A stretch of 64,000 nt of DNA from an uncultured Akkermansia sp. (GCA_947589295.1 CANQBZ010000005.1:1061-65060); one strand, 5' to 3'. Counted from the first letter of the stretch, positions 17,486 to 25,318 are shown. Notes: generated by a model from the letters alone, not told the origin. A program made the numbers and translations.

Positions 17486-18577
17486 TCATTTGGCGCGCTT
17501 GGGGGCAAGTTTACGGGTTTTCTGCTGCCAGGTCCAATCCCATCGCGTGAGTGAGGTGAGACATGCGGCGAGCAAATCCACACAAGCCTGCAAATCGATT
17601 TTGTGCGCCATCTCGATGCTCTGGTGTACATTGCGCACAGGGATGGAAATTGCTCCGGTAATTGAACCGCCACCGGTAAACTTCTGCAACGCACCGGCAT
17701 CTGTGCCACCCGCCGCGAGCAGTTCGAGCTGGCAGGGAATTTTCTTCTCCTTGCAAAGCGCCTCCATGTACTGCACCATGCGCGCATCGGTAATGAGCGT
17801 GCCGTCGTACACCTTCACGCCAGCACCTTTGCCCAGCACCGTACACTTGTCGTGCGGCGAAGAACCCGGCGTATCGTACGCAATGGTAGTATCGAGCGCA
17901 AAAGCAAAGTCGGGCTGCAATTTGAGCGTTGCGGCCTGCGCACCGCGCAGCCCCACTTCCTCCTGTACGGTGAAGACAGCGTAGGTGTCATAATCGGGTT
18001 TCACGCGGCTCTTTTTAATGGCACGCACAGCTTCGATAAGCATGTAGCAGCCGCCGCGATTGTCAATGCTCTTCACATTCACGCAATCTCCCATTTCCAT
18101 GAAGTCGCTGATGCGCGTGATCGCGTCACCAACAGAAACGAGCTTCTCGACCTGTTCTTTCGGAAGACCGATATCGACCACGTAGTCCGTGATGGCGGGC
18201 ATCTTGCCGCGCTCATCCGGGGTCATCACATGAATTGGCTTCACCCCCATGCAACCGGGCAAATCCTTGCGTCCATGAACCATCACACGCTGCGCGGTGA
18301 GTGTTTTCGGATCAAATCCGCCGAGAGGAAGAATGCGGATGAAACCTTGCTCATCGATGTGGCGCACGATGAAACCAATCTCATCCATGTGTGCGGCGCA
18401 TACCACTTTTTTTGAAGAAGATTTACCGCGGATCAGACACGTGATGTTGCCGATGTTGTCCACTTCAATTTCATCCGATAGCGGGTGCATCTCACGCACG
18501 ATCAGATTGCGAATCTCATTCTCGAAACCCGGGGCGCCGGAAGCCTCGCACAGCTGCTTGAAAAGTGTCGTATTCAT
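17486..18577 (-). CDS. M42-family aminopeptidase (FrvX / glutamyl aminopeptidase-like)
   Basis: MNTTLFKQLCEASGAPGFENEIRNLI...VVCAAHMDEIGFIVRHIDEQGFIRILPLGG...FTVQEEVGLRGA. Confidence 0.85.
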   Translation of the reverse strand: MNTTLFKQLCEASGAPGFENEIRNLIVREMHPLSDEIEVDNIGNITCLIRGKSSSKKVVCAAHMDEIGFIVRHIDEQGFIRILPLGGFDPKTLTAQRVMVHGRKDLPGCMGVKPIHVMTPDERGKMPAITDYVVDIGLPKEQVEKLVSVGDAITRISDFMEMGDCVNVKSIDNRGGCYMLIEAVRAIKKSRVKPDYDTYAVFTVQEEVGLRGAQAATLKLQPDFAFALDTTIAYDTPGSSPHDKCTVLGKGAGVKVYDGTLITDARMVQYMEALCKEKKIPCQLELLAAGGTDAGALQKFTGGGSITGAISIPVRNVHQSIEMAHKIDLQACVDLLAACLTSLTRWDWTWQQKTRKLAPKRAK

Positions 18578-18707
18578 CAGCAGTGAGCATACGCTTGATT
18601 ACTGAAAGCGTCAAGGCGAATACTGCCGAAAAACGTTGCACAAAGAGACCGATGAGGACAGGTCTGAACACTGGATGAAAAAAATCACGCAAAAGTTAAT
18701 TTTCTTC

Positions 18708-18785
18708 TTGAATAATTATTCCCTTTGTGGTACTAGCAAGAAAACCGAACCGCAATTTCGGTTTTTTGCATTGCGCGCAATGCAA
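18708..18785 (+). promoter_or_regulatory. structured upstream region of the H1-like gene: possible promoter, AT-rich palindrome, terminator-like hairpin, 20-bp perfect palindrome
   Basis: TTGAAT (18708-13), a 17-nt spacer, then TACTAG (18731-36). GAATAATTATTC is a perfect palindrome at 18710-18721. The hairpin AAAACCGAA/TTCGGTTTT (18741-18765) is followed by Ts. TTGCATTGCGCGCAATGCAA is a perfect palindrome at 18766-18785, 22 nt before the ATG. Confidence 0.35.
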
Positions 18786-18806
18786 CACGAAAAAAACAAC
18801 ACGACC

Positions 18807-19211
18807 ATGGCGACAAAAAAAACAACAAAACCGACTGCAAAGTCGGCTCCCGCTAAGAAGACCGCAGCACCAAAAAAGGCTGCCCCTAAAAAGGTAGCGT
18901 CCAAGAAGCCTGCTGCTCCTAAGAAGGCCGCCCCAAAGAAGACCGCAGCTCCCAAGAAGCCTGCTGCTCCTAAGAAGGCCGCCCCAAAGAAGACTGCAGC
19001 TCCCAAGAAGCCTGCTGCTCCTAAGAAGGCCGCCCCAAAGAAGACCGCAGCTCCCAAGAAGCCTGCTGCTCCCAAGAAGGCCGCCCCAAAGAAGACCGCA
19101 GCTCCCAAGAAAGCTGCCCCCAAAAAGGTGGTGCCCAAGAAGCCTGTAAAGAAGGCCGCTGCTTCCAAGAAGGTTGCCTCCAAGAAAGCAGCCCCGGTAA
19201 AAAAAAAGTAA
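18807..19211 (+). CDS. histone H1-like Lys/Ala/Pro-rich DNA-binding protein
   Basis: From ATG 18807: MATKKTTKPTAKSAPAKKTAAPKKAAPKK..., with four 17-aa KKPAAPKKAAPKKTAAP repeats. It ends AAPVKKK* inside an A9 run. The track start at 18636 is far upstream and crosses the regulatory hairpins. Confidence 0.75.
   Translation: MATKKTTKPTAKSAPAKKTAAPKKAAPKKVASKKPAAPKKAAPKKTAAPKKPAAPKKAAPKKTAAPKKPAAPKKAAPKKTAAPKKPAAPKKAAPKKTAAPKKAAPKKVVPKKPVKKAAASKKVASKKAAPVKKK
18903..19106 (+). repeat. 4 x 51-nt near-perfect tandem repeat (coding, KKPAAPKKAAPKKTAAP)
   Basis: Units at 18903-18953, 18954-19004, 19005-19055 and 19056-19106. They differ only at synonymous third positions (acc/act, cct/ccc). Confidence 0.9.
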
Positions 19212-19510
19212 ATCATAAGATTGTTCCCCTGAGAGGAGCTGACCAGGTCTCTGGGGCCAAGTCCGCTCCTCTCAAGGGGAGCAAAAAGGGTGGGGTTGCG
19301 CCTGCCAAAAGAATTGCTCTGAAGGCAAAATCAGCCTCCTCTCTCAAAAAAACGCCAGCCAAAGTTGCATCGGGCAGGCGCGTTCCAGAAAAAAACAAGG
19401 CCTTAGTAGCCGTCAAGACATCTGCGAAGGGAGGAACGACTACGTCTGTAAAGACATCTGAAAAGGAAGCTCCTGCGTGGAAAACACAGGTAAAAAACGC
19501 CTCGAGGTCA
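19199..19510 (+). other. 104-codon coding-like tract with no stop and no start codon, in frame with the downstream DksA-like ORF and reachable from the H1-like ORF by a 1-nt shift in the A9 run
   Basis: Hand translation gives KKKVNHKIVPLRGADQVSGAKSAPLKGSKKGGVAPAKRIALKAKSASSLKKTPAKVASGRRVPEKNKALVAVKTSAKGGTTTSVKTSEKEAPAWKTQVKNASRS, then M at 19511. There is no ATG/GTG/TTG in this frame, and the other two + frames contain stops. Confidence 0.55.
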
Positions 19511-20182
19511 ATGACCCACGCACAGAATATCCAGGAGAAAAAGCCTTCGACGCCAATTATCCCAGCAAAATCGCCGATTCAACAGTCAGCGCCTGAGGGG
19601 GAGGTGCCGACAACGCCTGCCGAGCATGCCGGGAATATCGCTATTAACTTGTCAAAGGAAAGTGAACGTCGTAAAAAGGTGAAGGCTACCATCGCTAAGC
19701 TGCGCTCAGAGCCAGATTGGAAGCAGTTTTTAGCGGGGCAAAAAGAATTGCTCATACAAATGCGCGATAATCTGCTGCCGAACATGCAGAATGTAACGCG
19801 GGACCACTTGCGCAGCGGCGAATCCAACGTCTCCTCCTCGTCTGGACAGCATATAGGGGATGCGGGAAGCGAAGCCGAACAGCGTGATATCACAATTTTG
19901 CGTCTCGATAAAGACCGCGAGCAGCTTTTTGAAATTGAGGCTGCATTAGACCGCATTGCCAAGGGGACGTACGGTGTATGCGAACTCTCTCTAGAGCCCA
20001 TCCCACGTAAGCGCCTCCAAGCACGCCCCTTCTGTCGTTTCACAGTGCAATGCCAAGAAGAATATGAAAAACGATACGGCACCTATTCTGCCTTACGCTC
20101 TAAAAATTCGGGAGATGTGGGTTTCTCAGGTCTTCAAAAAGTCATCGAGTCAACAATTTTACTTGACGAAGACGAGGAATAG
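19511..20182 (+). CDS. DksA/TraR-family protein with a degenerate C4 zinc finger (minimum extent; the true N-terminus is probably upstream)
   Basis: GDAGSEAEQRDITILRLDKDREQLFEIEAALDRIAKGTYGVCELSLEPIPRKRLQARPFCRFTVQCQ. This has the coiled-coil plus C-terminal finger layout of DksA, but the finger reads CxxS...(T)xxC. Confidence 0.7.
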   Translation: MTHAQNIQEKKPSTPIIPAKSPIQQSAPEGEVPTTPAEHAGNIAINLSKESERRKKVKATIAKLRSEPDWKQFLAGQKELLIQMRDNLLPNMQNVTRDHLRSGESNVSSSSGQHIGDAGSEAEQRDITILRLDKDREQLFEIEAALDRIAKGTYGVCELSLEPIPRKRLQARPFCRFTVQCQEEYEKRYGTYSALRSKNSGDVGFSGLQKVIESTILLDEDEE

Positions 20183-20217
20183 TGTAGAATGTTGCTCCGA
20201 CTCAACAACCCGAAATC

Positions 20218-20391
20218 ATGCCAAGAGACATCATCATCCTCGAATGTACCGAAGCGAAGGCGGAGGGGAAACCCGCCTCGCGCTACGTCACTACACGCAA
20301 CAAAAAGAGTCCTCGTACCCCGGGGCGTCTGGAGAAAGTAAAGTACAACCCTTTTCTGAAGCGCCGCACGCTGCACCGCGAGATGCGTTGA
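20218..20391 (+). CDS. rpmG: 50S ribosomal protein L33
   Basis: A 57-aa ORF, below the track cutoff, translated by hand: [57 protein letters not shown]. It has a single Cys, so no CxxC pairs. Confidence 0.85.
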   Translation: MPRDIIILECTEAKAEGKPASRYVTTRNKKSPRTPGRLEKVKYNPFLKRRTLHREMR

Positions 20392-20434
20392 ATAGCCCGG
20401 TATTCCCCTCCCCTAACGAACAATTTTTGATACC

Positions 20435-20680
20435 ATGATGTCAGAATTCAAGAGTGTTGAAAGGCGCATACGTTTTCGCACCTGCAACAAGTCAATGCCT
20501 CACCGCCGTATTGATATCCCTGCTGGCGCCGTAGATATGTGCAACCCCGAGTTCCTTTCCAAGTTTACCTCTGAGACTGGAAAGATTCTTCCCCGTCGAG
20601 TGACGGGGGTTTCCGCTAAGATCCACCGCAAAATCACGCGCGAAATCAAGCGAGCCCGCGCGGTGAACTTGCTGCCCTGA
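20435..20680 (+). CDS. rpsR: 30S ribosomal protein S18
   Basis: ...[42 protein letters not shown], the conserved S18 core. Confidence 0.85.
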   Translation: MMSEFKSVERRIRFRTCNKSMPHRRIDIPAGAVDMCNPEFLSKFTSETGKILPRRVTGVSAKIHRKITREIKRARAVNLLP

Positions 20681-20724
20681 GCTTAGACGTTGCAGTCGGC
20701 ATTTTCGATTTGTTGTTTTCCTGG

Positions 20725-20765
20725 GGAGCTTGCAGACACCCGTACCTGCAAGCTCCTTTCGTTTT
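20725..20765 (+). terminator. intrinsic terminator-like hairpin between rpsR and folE2
   Basis: 11-bp stem GGAGCTTGCAG / CTGCAAGCTCC (20725-20735 pairs with 20746-20756), 10-nt loop, then TTTCGTTTT. It ends only 16 nt before the folE2 ATG. Confidence 0.6.
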
Positions 20766-20781
20766 CATCCAACGACCTCCA

Positions 20782-21570
20782 ATGAAGGAACTCCGCGATA
20801 CTCAAAACGAATGCGACACACGCCATATCTCCATTGATCGTGTAGGAGTGCGCGGTATTCGTTTCCCCATAGTAGTATCAGATAAAGAAAAACGCACACA
20901 ATCCACCGTGGCCAGCATCGCTCTTATGGTGGATTTGCCCCAACAGTATAAGGGTACCCACATGAGCCGATTTATAGAGGCGTTGCACGAGCAGCGGCAT
21001 TTTCTGGATGTACACACAGCAGTGCATCTGCCAGATCGCCTGCTCAAAAAACTTGCCGCACAGCGAGCGCATGTGGAAATTGATTTTCCGTTTTTCCGGG
21101 TTAAGAAAGCACCTATATCTCACCTGCCCGGTATGATGAATTACGATGTACGCTTCGAGATAGATGCTGAGCGCCGTACCTCAGGGCAATTTACACTCAC
21201 AATCCGTGTACCTCTCACTACGCTCTGCCCCTGCTCTAAAGCAATGAGCGAACACGGCGCACATAACCAACGTAGTATCGTCACTTACTCCGTGCGCTTT
21301 GCCGGTGCGCCCGTGTGGATAGAGGACCTGATTGATATGATTGAAGAGTGCGGAAGCAGCCCTGTGTACAGCCTTCTCAAAAGACCAGATGAAAAGTTTG
21401 TGACAGATCGCGCCTATGAGCACCCCGTATTTGTCGAAGACTTGGTGCGCAATGTAGCTGTAGCAACTGAGAAACACAGTGCTTTCAGCTGGTACCGTGT
21501 GGAAGCAGAAAACTTCGAATCCATCCATAACCACAACGCCTACGCTATGGTGGAGCGTCAGCTCTGCTGA
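20782..21570 (+). CDS. folE2: GTP cyclohydrolase I type 2 (FolE2 / GCYH-IB)
   Basis: MKELRDTQNECDTRHISIDRVGVRGIRFPI...KGTHMSRF...LCPCSKAMSEHGAHNQRS, a typical FolE2. The track's TTG at 20710 would run through the terminator hairpin. Confidence 0.85.
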   Translation: MKELRDTQNECDTRHISIDRVGVRGIRFPIVVSDKEKRTQSTVASIALMVDLPQQYKGTHMSRFIEALHEQRHFLDVHTAVHLPDRLLKKLAAQRAHVEIDFPFFRVKKAPISHLPGMMNYDVRFEIDAERRTSGQFTLTIRVPLTTLCPCSKAMSEHGAHNQRSIVTYSVRFAGAPVWIEDLIDMIEECGSSPVYSLLKRPDEKFVTDRAYEHPVFVEDLVRNVAVATEKHSAFSWYRVEAENFESIHNHNAYAMVERQLC

Positions 21571-21571
21571 T

Positions 21572-24160
21572 ATGCTGAGGGCTTTTCCTCGCCCTCCCCA
21601 CTCTCCCCGCACATTCATGAATACGCCGTTTCCAATTCACGAGCTGGCCACACTCACAAATGATCAACTGCGATGCTCTCTAAATAACGGACAGCTGTGT
21701 CATTCCTACAGTCGAGCTATGCAGCATTGTTTTCAGTCTGCTGGATTGTCAAACTTGCATGCCTACTCCTCTACTACCATTGCAGATCAACACATAAGTC
21801 TATTTACGGCACGCAGTACTGAGTTGTCGGCAGCAATTTGCCTGCCATCCGCCGCAAATACTCCCATGGAACTGCTTGCGCTAAGTACAGAAGAATGCGA
21901 TGTCTGTGATGAACTTCTTCCGGGACACGATATTTACTACGCTTCCTTTCTTGTTGATCCCGCGCAGAAAAAATTATTATTGGTAGGCCCAGTACTTGTT
22001 CGCCGAGCAAACGAATGGCTTGGACATAGTGAGGAAAGTGCGCAATTTTTACCACCGCGTCGGCGCGAAAAGAACACGCAACTTTCACCGCTACTCAATG
22101 GGGCTGCTCTGTTCAAGATGCAGAATCTCCTGATTCCACATACCCTGACGCAGGGCACCCTGCCTCGCTTCAGTGTTCAAGGGCTTTTTGAGGATCGAGC
22201 ACAAGGCAACTCATGCTTTTACGCCCTGCTCAGCTCCACTCCGCCCACACACATGATGATTGTGCGGCGTGATGATCATTCTCAGCATTTGGAGTTTATC
22301 CGACCTTTCTTTTTCTACGCAGACGCGCCGGACAGCGAACTTGTGCTCGTGCAGGAGACTCTGTTGGGTGATGCACCGGAATCCGGTCTTATACAGTTGA
22401 TCTCAGCCGCAGGCACAAGTCTGTGCGCAGAGTGTGTGGAAAGCATCCTCTTTCCCAAGGCGTTGCCGACTGACAACTGCTACCGCTGGACCTTGAGTAT
22501 GGTCGCGGAAAGTTGCTGTCTGCTCCCGCGACATGACCCTCATCCAACTCAGCCTTTGCTGCAGCAGGCACGCAGAGATTTCCATCGCGAACACGGCTGT
22601 GAGCCACCTAACGACTTCTTGCTTGCTCTGCCGCAAAGCTCTAAATCACCCACCATCGCACAAGAAACACTTACCGCACGCACCACGCTCACTGCGCGAG
22701 TGTTGAGTTGTTCACCCACATGCGTGGATAGCGTGCCTGCGCAGCATTGGCGCGTGCAGCTACTGCCAGAGTCAGAAGAGATCATATTGAATGTATTTGT
22801 GGGCAAAGAATTCGAATGTTCCCCATCAGCTGGGGATGTTGTCTGCCTGTGCGGCCACCTGCATGCCTCACCGGACGCTCTGGTAACGGACAACTTCAAC
22901 CCAAAAACTACCCTCCAACCCCAGTTTCAACCCGCCAAGACGCCGCTAACTGAAAAGGAAGCCTGCCGCATCCTCTGCAATGCAGTATGCTCTCACGAAT
23001 GGGATGTCTTTATTGCCAGCTCCCGCGAGAATCTCTCGTACATCAGCCACATGAATGGCACACGCCTGAGTACCCGCCACGAGTTCATTCGCTATATGAG
23101 CGAGCGCCGCCAAATATGGCGTAGCCAGCATAGTTTTCAAGGCATGTGCTGGGATACCGGCAGCATCATCTACCGGGGAGAAGAAAAGCCTTGCTACATG
23201 CTCAGTTGCTTTGGGCACATGGTGGGAGCATCCATCCTCACTTTGCAGGAGGGCCGTATCGCGACCATTGAAACGTTGCCTCAGGAAGCCAACAGCTCAT
23301 TCACGCCAGATGCAGAATGCTGCAGTGTACCGCGTATTTTCCATCCCTTCCGCGGACACCTCACTCCACATCCCGCCGAACAAACACTACTCCAACTATT
23401 CACTGCTAGCTACTTGCGCGAATGCATGGTGCAGAAAACCGGATATTGTCCTCCCAATACTCAAGATAGCGCCGACAAAGACAACTGTGCACGCTGGATA
23501 AAAATCACTCGCGATGAACCATCGTGCTGCGATATGGCTTTCACGTATCGTGGATGCGTGTATGCTGTGTGCGCTGTAGAGGTGAAAAACCATCCAGCAC
23601 ATGGAGGCAGTATTGAGGAGGCAATAGCAACCATGCCAGACCGTGTGCGCCTTATGGCGCTTTCCGAGCAGCACAGACTTATCCCCTGCATTTTCCCAGT
23701 TGAACGACAATTCTCCCCGGATCCAGCTCAATCATGGAATTTGTGGGATGTGCGCACGATGAAACCGTTGCAGCCGGAGACAGAGTCGGCAACCGATGCC
23801 ACTCCACCACCCTCTGTGTGGGAGATTTTAGTGGGAGCACTCGCAGAGCTTCAAACGCGTATACTCCGCGATGGCGGCTCGGTCATCGCTTACCACGATA
23901 TGCCACAACTCCTCCCTCACTTTTGGTTTCGCGATGCTCAAGGAACGCTCAGCTGGGTTATCCTGCGCTGCACCGCAAACCCTGCTCAACAAGATAGATC
24001 ACTCAGCGAGAATGAATTGCTACCCCAACAACTCGCACCAGGCACGAATGGTTATCTAGCAACGGCAACGGCTTACGGAAATGCAGAATGTAGCAAACCT
24101 GCCCGGCGGGGGAAACCGATTTATCTAAGGCTCAGCGAACTCATGCCACTGAGTTGCTAA
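21572..24160 (+). CDS. large Cys-rich hypothetical protein (~860 aa, no domain recognised)
   Basis: ATG 21572 lies 1 nt after the folE2 stop (alternative ATG at 21617). It is an uninterrupted 2.6-kb ORF with no signal peptide or TM segment. It has about 38 Cys by hand count, in clusters such as CDVCDE, CAEC, CLCGHLH, CRILCNAVCSHE and CYMLSCFGH. Confidence 0.7.
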   Translation: MLRAFPRPPHSPRTFMNTPFPIHELATLTNDQLRCSLNNGQLCHSYSRAMQHCFQSAGLSNLHAYSSTTIADQHISLFTARSTELSAAICLPSAANTPMELLALSTEECDVCDELLPGHDIYYASFLVDPAQKKLLLVGPVLVRRANEWLGHSEESAQFLPPRRREKNTQLSPLLNGAALFKMQNLLIPHTLTQGTLPRFSVQGLFEDRAQGNSCFYALLSSTPPTHMMIVRRDDHSQHLEFIRPFFFYADAPDSELVLVQETLLGDAPESGLIQLISAAGTSLCAECVESILFPKALPTDNCYRWTLSMVAESCCLLPRHDPHPTQPLLQQARRDFHREHGCEPPNDFLLALPQSSKSPTIAQETLTARTTLTARVLSCSPTCVDSVPAQHWRVQLLPESEEIILNVFVGKEFECSPSAGDVVCLCGHLHASPDALVTDNFNPKTTLQPQFQPAKTPLTEKEACRILCNAVCSHEWDVFIASSRENLSYISHMNGTRLSTRHEFIRYMSERRQIWRSQHSFQGMCWDTGSIIYRGEEKPCYMLSCFGHMVGASILTLQEGRIATIETLPQEANSSFTPDAECCSVPRIFHPFRGHLTPHPAEQTLLQLFTASYLRECMVQKTGYCPPNTQDSADKDNCARWIKITRDEPSCCDMAFTYRGCVYAVCAVEVKNHPAHGGSIEEAIATMPDRVRLMALSEQHRLIPCIFPVERQFSPDPAQSWNLWDVRTMKPLQPETESATDATPPPSVWEILVGALAELQTRILRDGGSVIAYHDMPQLLPHFWFRDAQGTLSWVILRCTANPAQQDRSLSENELLPQQLAPGTNGYLATATAYGNAECSKPARRGKPIYLRLSELMPLSC

Positions 24161-24174
24161 CACGGCGTATGTAA

Positions 24175-25095
24175 CTACCCTGCAATCTTCCCACGGTGCA
24201 GCAAATCTGCGCGCAGTGCATCCAAAACTCCTTGCTCGGGGCGAAAATTTGCATCGTGGTGCGAAGAACGAATAAGCGGGCCACTCGCTACATGCTTAAA
24301 CCCGCGCTCCAACGCTATTGCTCGCAGCTCGGCAAATTCATCAGGCCGCACGTACCGAATTACAGGCAGGTGCTGTGCACTGGGACGCAAGTATTGCCCC
24401 ATGGTGAGTACGCGCACGCCATGCTCCAACAAATCATCCATCGTACGCACAACCTCATCCCTGCTTTCACCTAAGCCGAGCATCATGCCACTCTTGGTCA
24501 CTACCATGCCAGGCGCCATCTGTCCAGCGCGCTCCAACATGTGCAGAGAACGCCTGTATTGCGCGCGAAATCTCACAAGTGGGGTAAGCCTCTCTACAGT
24601 CTCTACATTGTGATTGAAGATGTGCGGCCGCGCATCCATTACCTGCTCCAGAGCACTTTCATCCCCGTTAAAATCTGATACCAACACCTCAATAATCGTC
24701 GTTGGACTTAACGCGCGGATAGCCGCTATCGTCTCCGCTATGTGTCCAGCCGCGCCATCCTTCAAATCATCGCGTGTCACCATGGTCACCACAGCATGAC
24801 CCAGTTTCATACTCGCCACCGCCTTTGCCACCTTGAGGGGTTCATCAGCATCCAGCGGTTCAGGTTTCGCTGTGCGTGTAGCGCAAAATCCGCATGCGCG
24901 CGTACACACATTGCCGCACACCATGAAGGTGGCTGTGCCATGGCTCCAACACTCCCCACGGTTTGGACACAAAGCCTGCTCACACACTGTCACTAAGCCC
25001 TGCCCCTTGACAAGCTCTTGCACACGATTGAAAACTCTCCCCTTTGGCAAACGTACCTTAAGCCATTCTGGTTTATGCTCGGCCTGTTCTTTCAT
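24175..25095 (-). CDS. lipA: lipoyl synthase
   Basis: CPNRGECW...ATFMVCGNVCTRACGFCA, which carries both LipA Cys clusters. ATG 25095 (MKEQAEHKPEWLKV) is preferred; 25134 is possible. Confidence 0.9.
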   Translation of the reverse strand: MKEQAEHKPEWLKVRLPKGRVFNRVQELVKGQGLVTVCEQALCPNRGECWSHGTATFMVCGNVCTRACGFCATRTAKPEPLDADEPLKVAKAVASMKLGHAVVTMVTRDDLKDGAAGHIAETIAAIRALSPTTIIEVLVSDFNGDESALEQVMDARPHIFNHNVETVERLTPLVRFRAQYRRSLHMLERAGQMAPGMVVTKSGMMLGLGESRDEVVRTMDDLLEHGVRVLTMGQYLRPSAQHLPVIRYVRPDEFAELRAIALERGFKHVASGPLIRSSHHDANFRPEQGVLDALRADLLHRGKIAG

Positions 25096-25318
25096 GTCTC
25101 CGAAAGTTATGCACCATATCATCCGATCTTTCAAGTGTAAATCTATATTTCTTTGTCTGCTGACGGAGAATCATAAGCTAATCCAACAGACAGAAAAAAG
25201 TCGCTTACATACAAACATTTAGCGAGTTAGATTGCCGGAAAACAAGCCCTGTGCGAAATTATACCCGGCAGGAGTCTACCATGCTCCAGCCGTCATCAAA
25301 AAACAAAAAAAACAGGAT

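Noticed and set aside
18903-19106. Possible CRISPR array, because of regularly spaced repeats
   Set aside because: The repeats are directly tandem with no spacers, are 51 nt long, and are in frame within a coding sequence. This is not a CRISPR array.
18716-19216. 166-aa minus-strand ORF with FLGAA repeats
   Set aside because: It is the reverse complement of the AAPKK-repeat H1-like gene, so its repeat structure is a mirror artefact.
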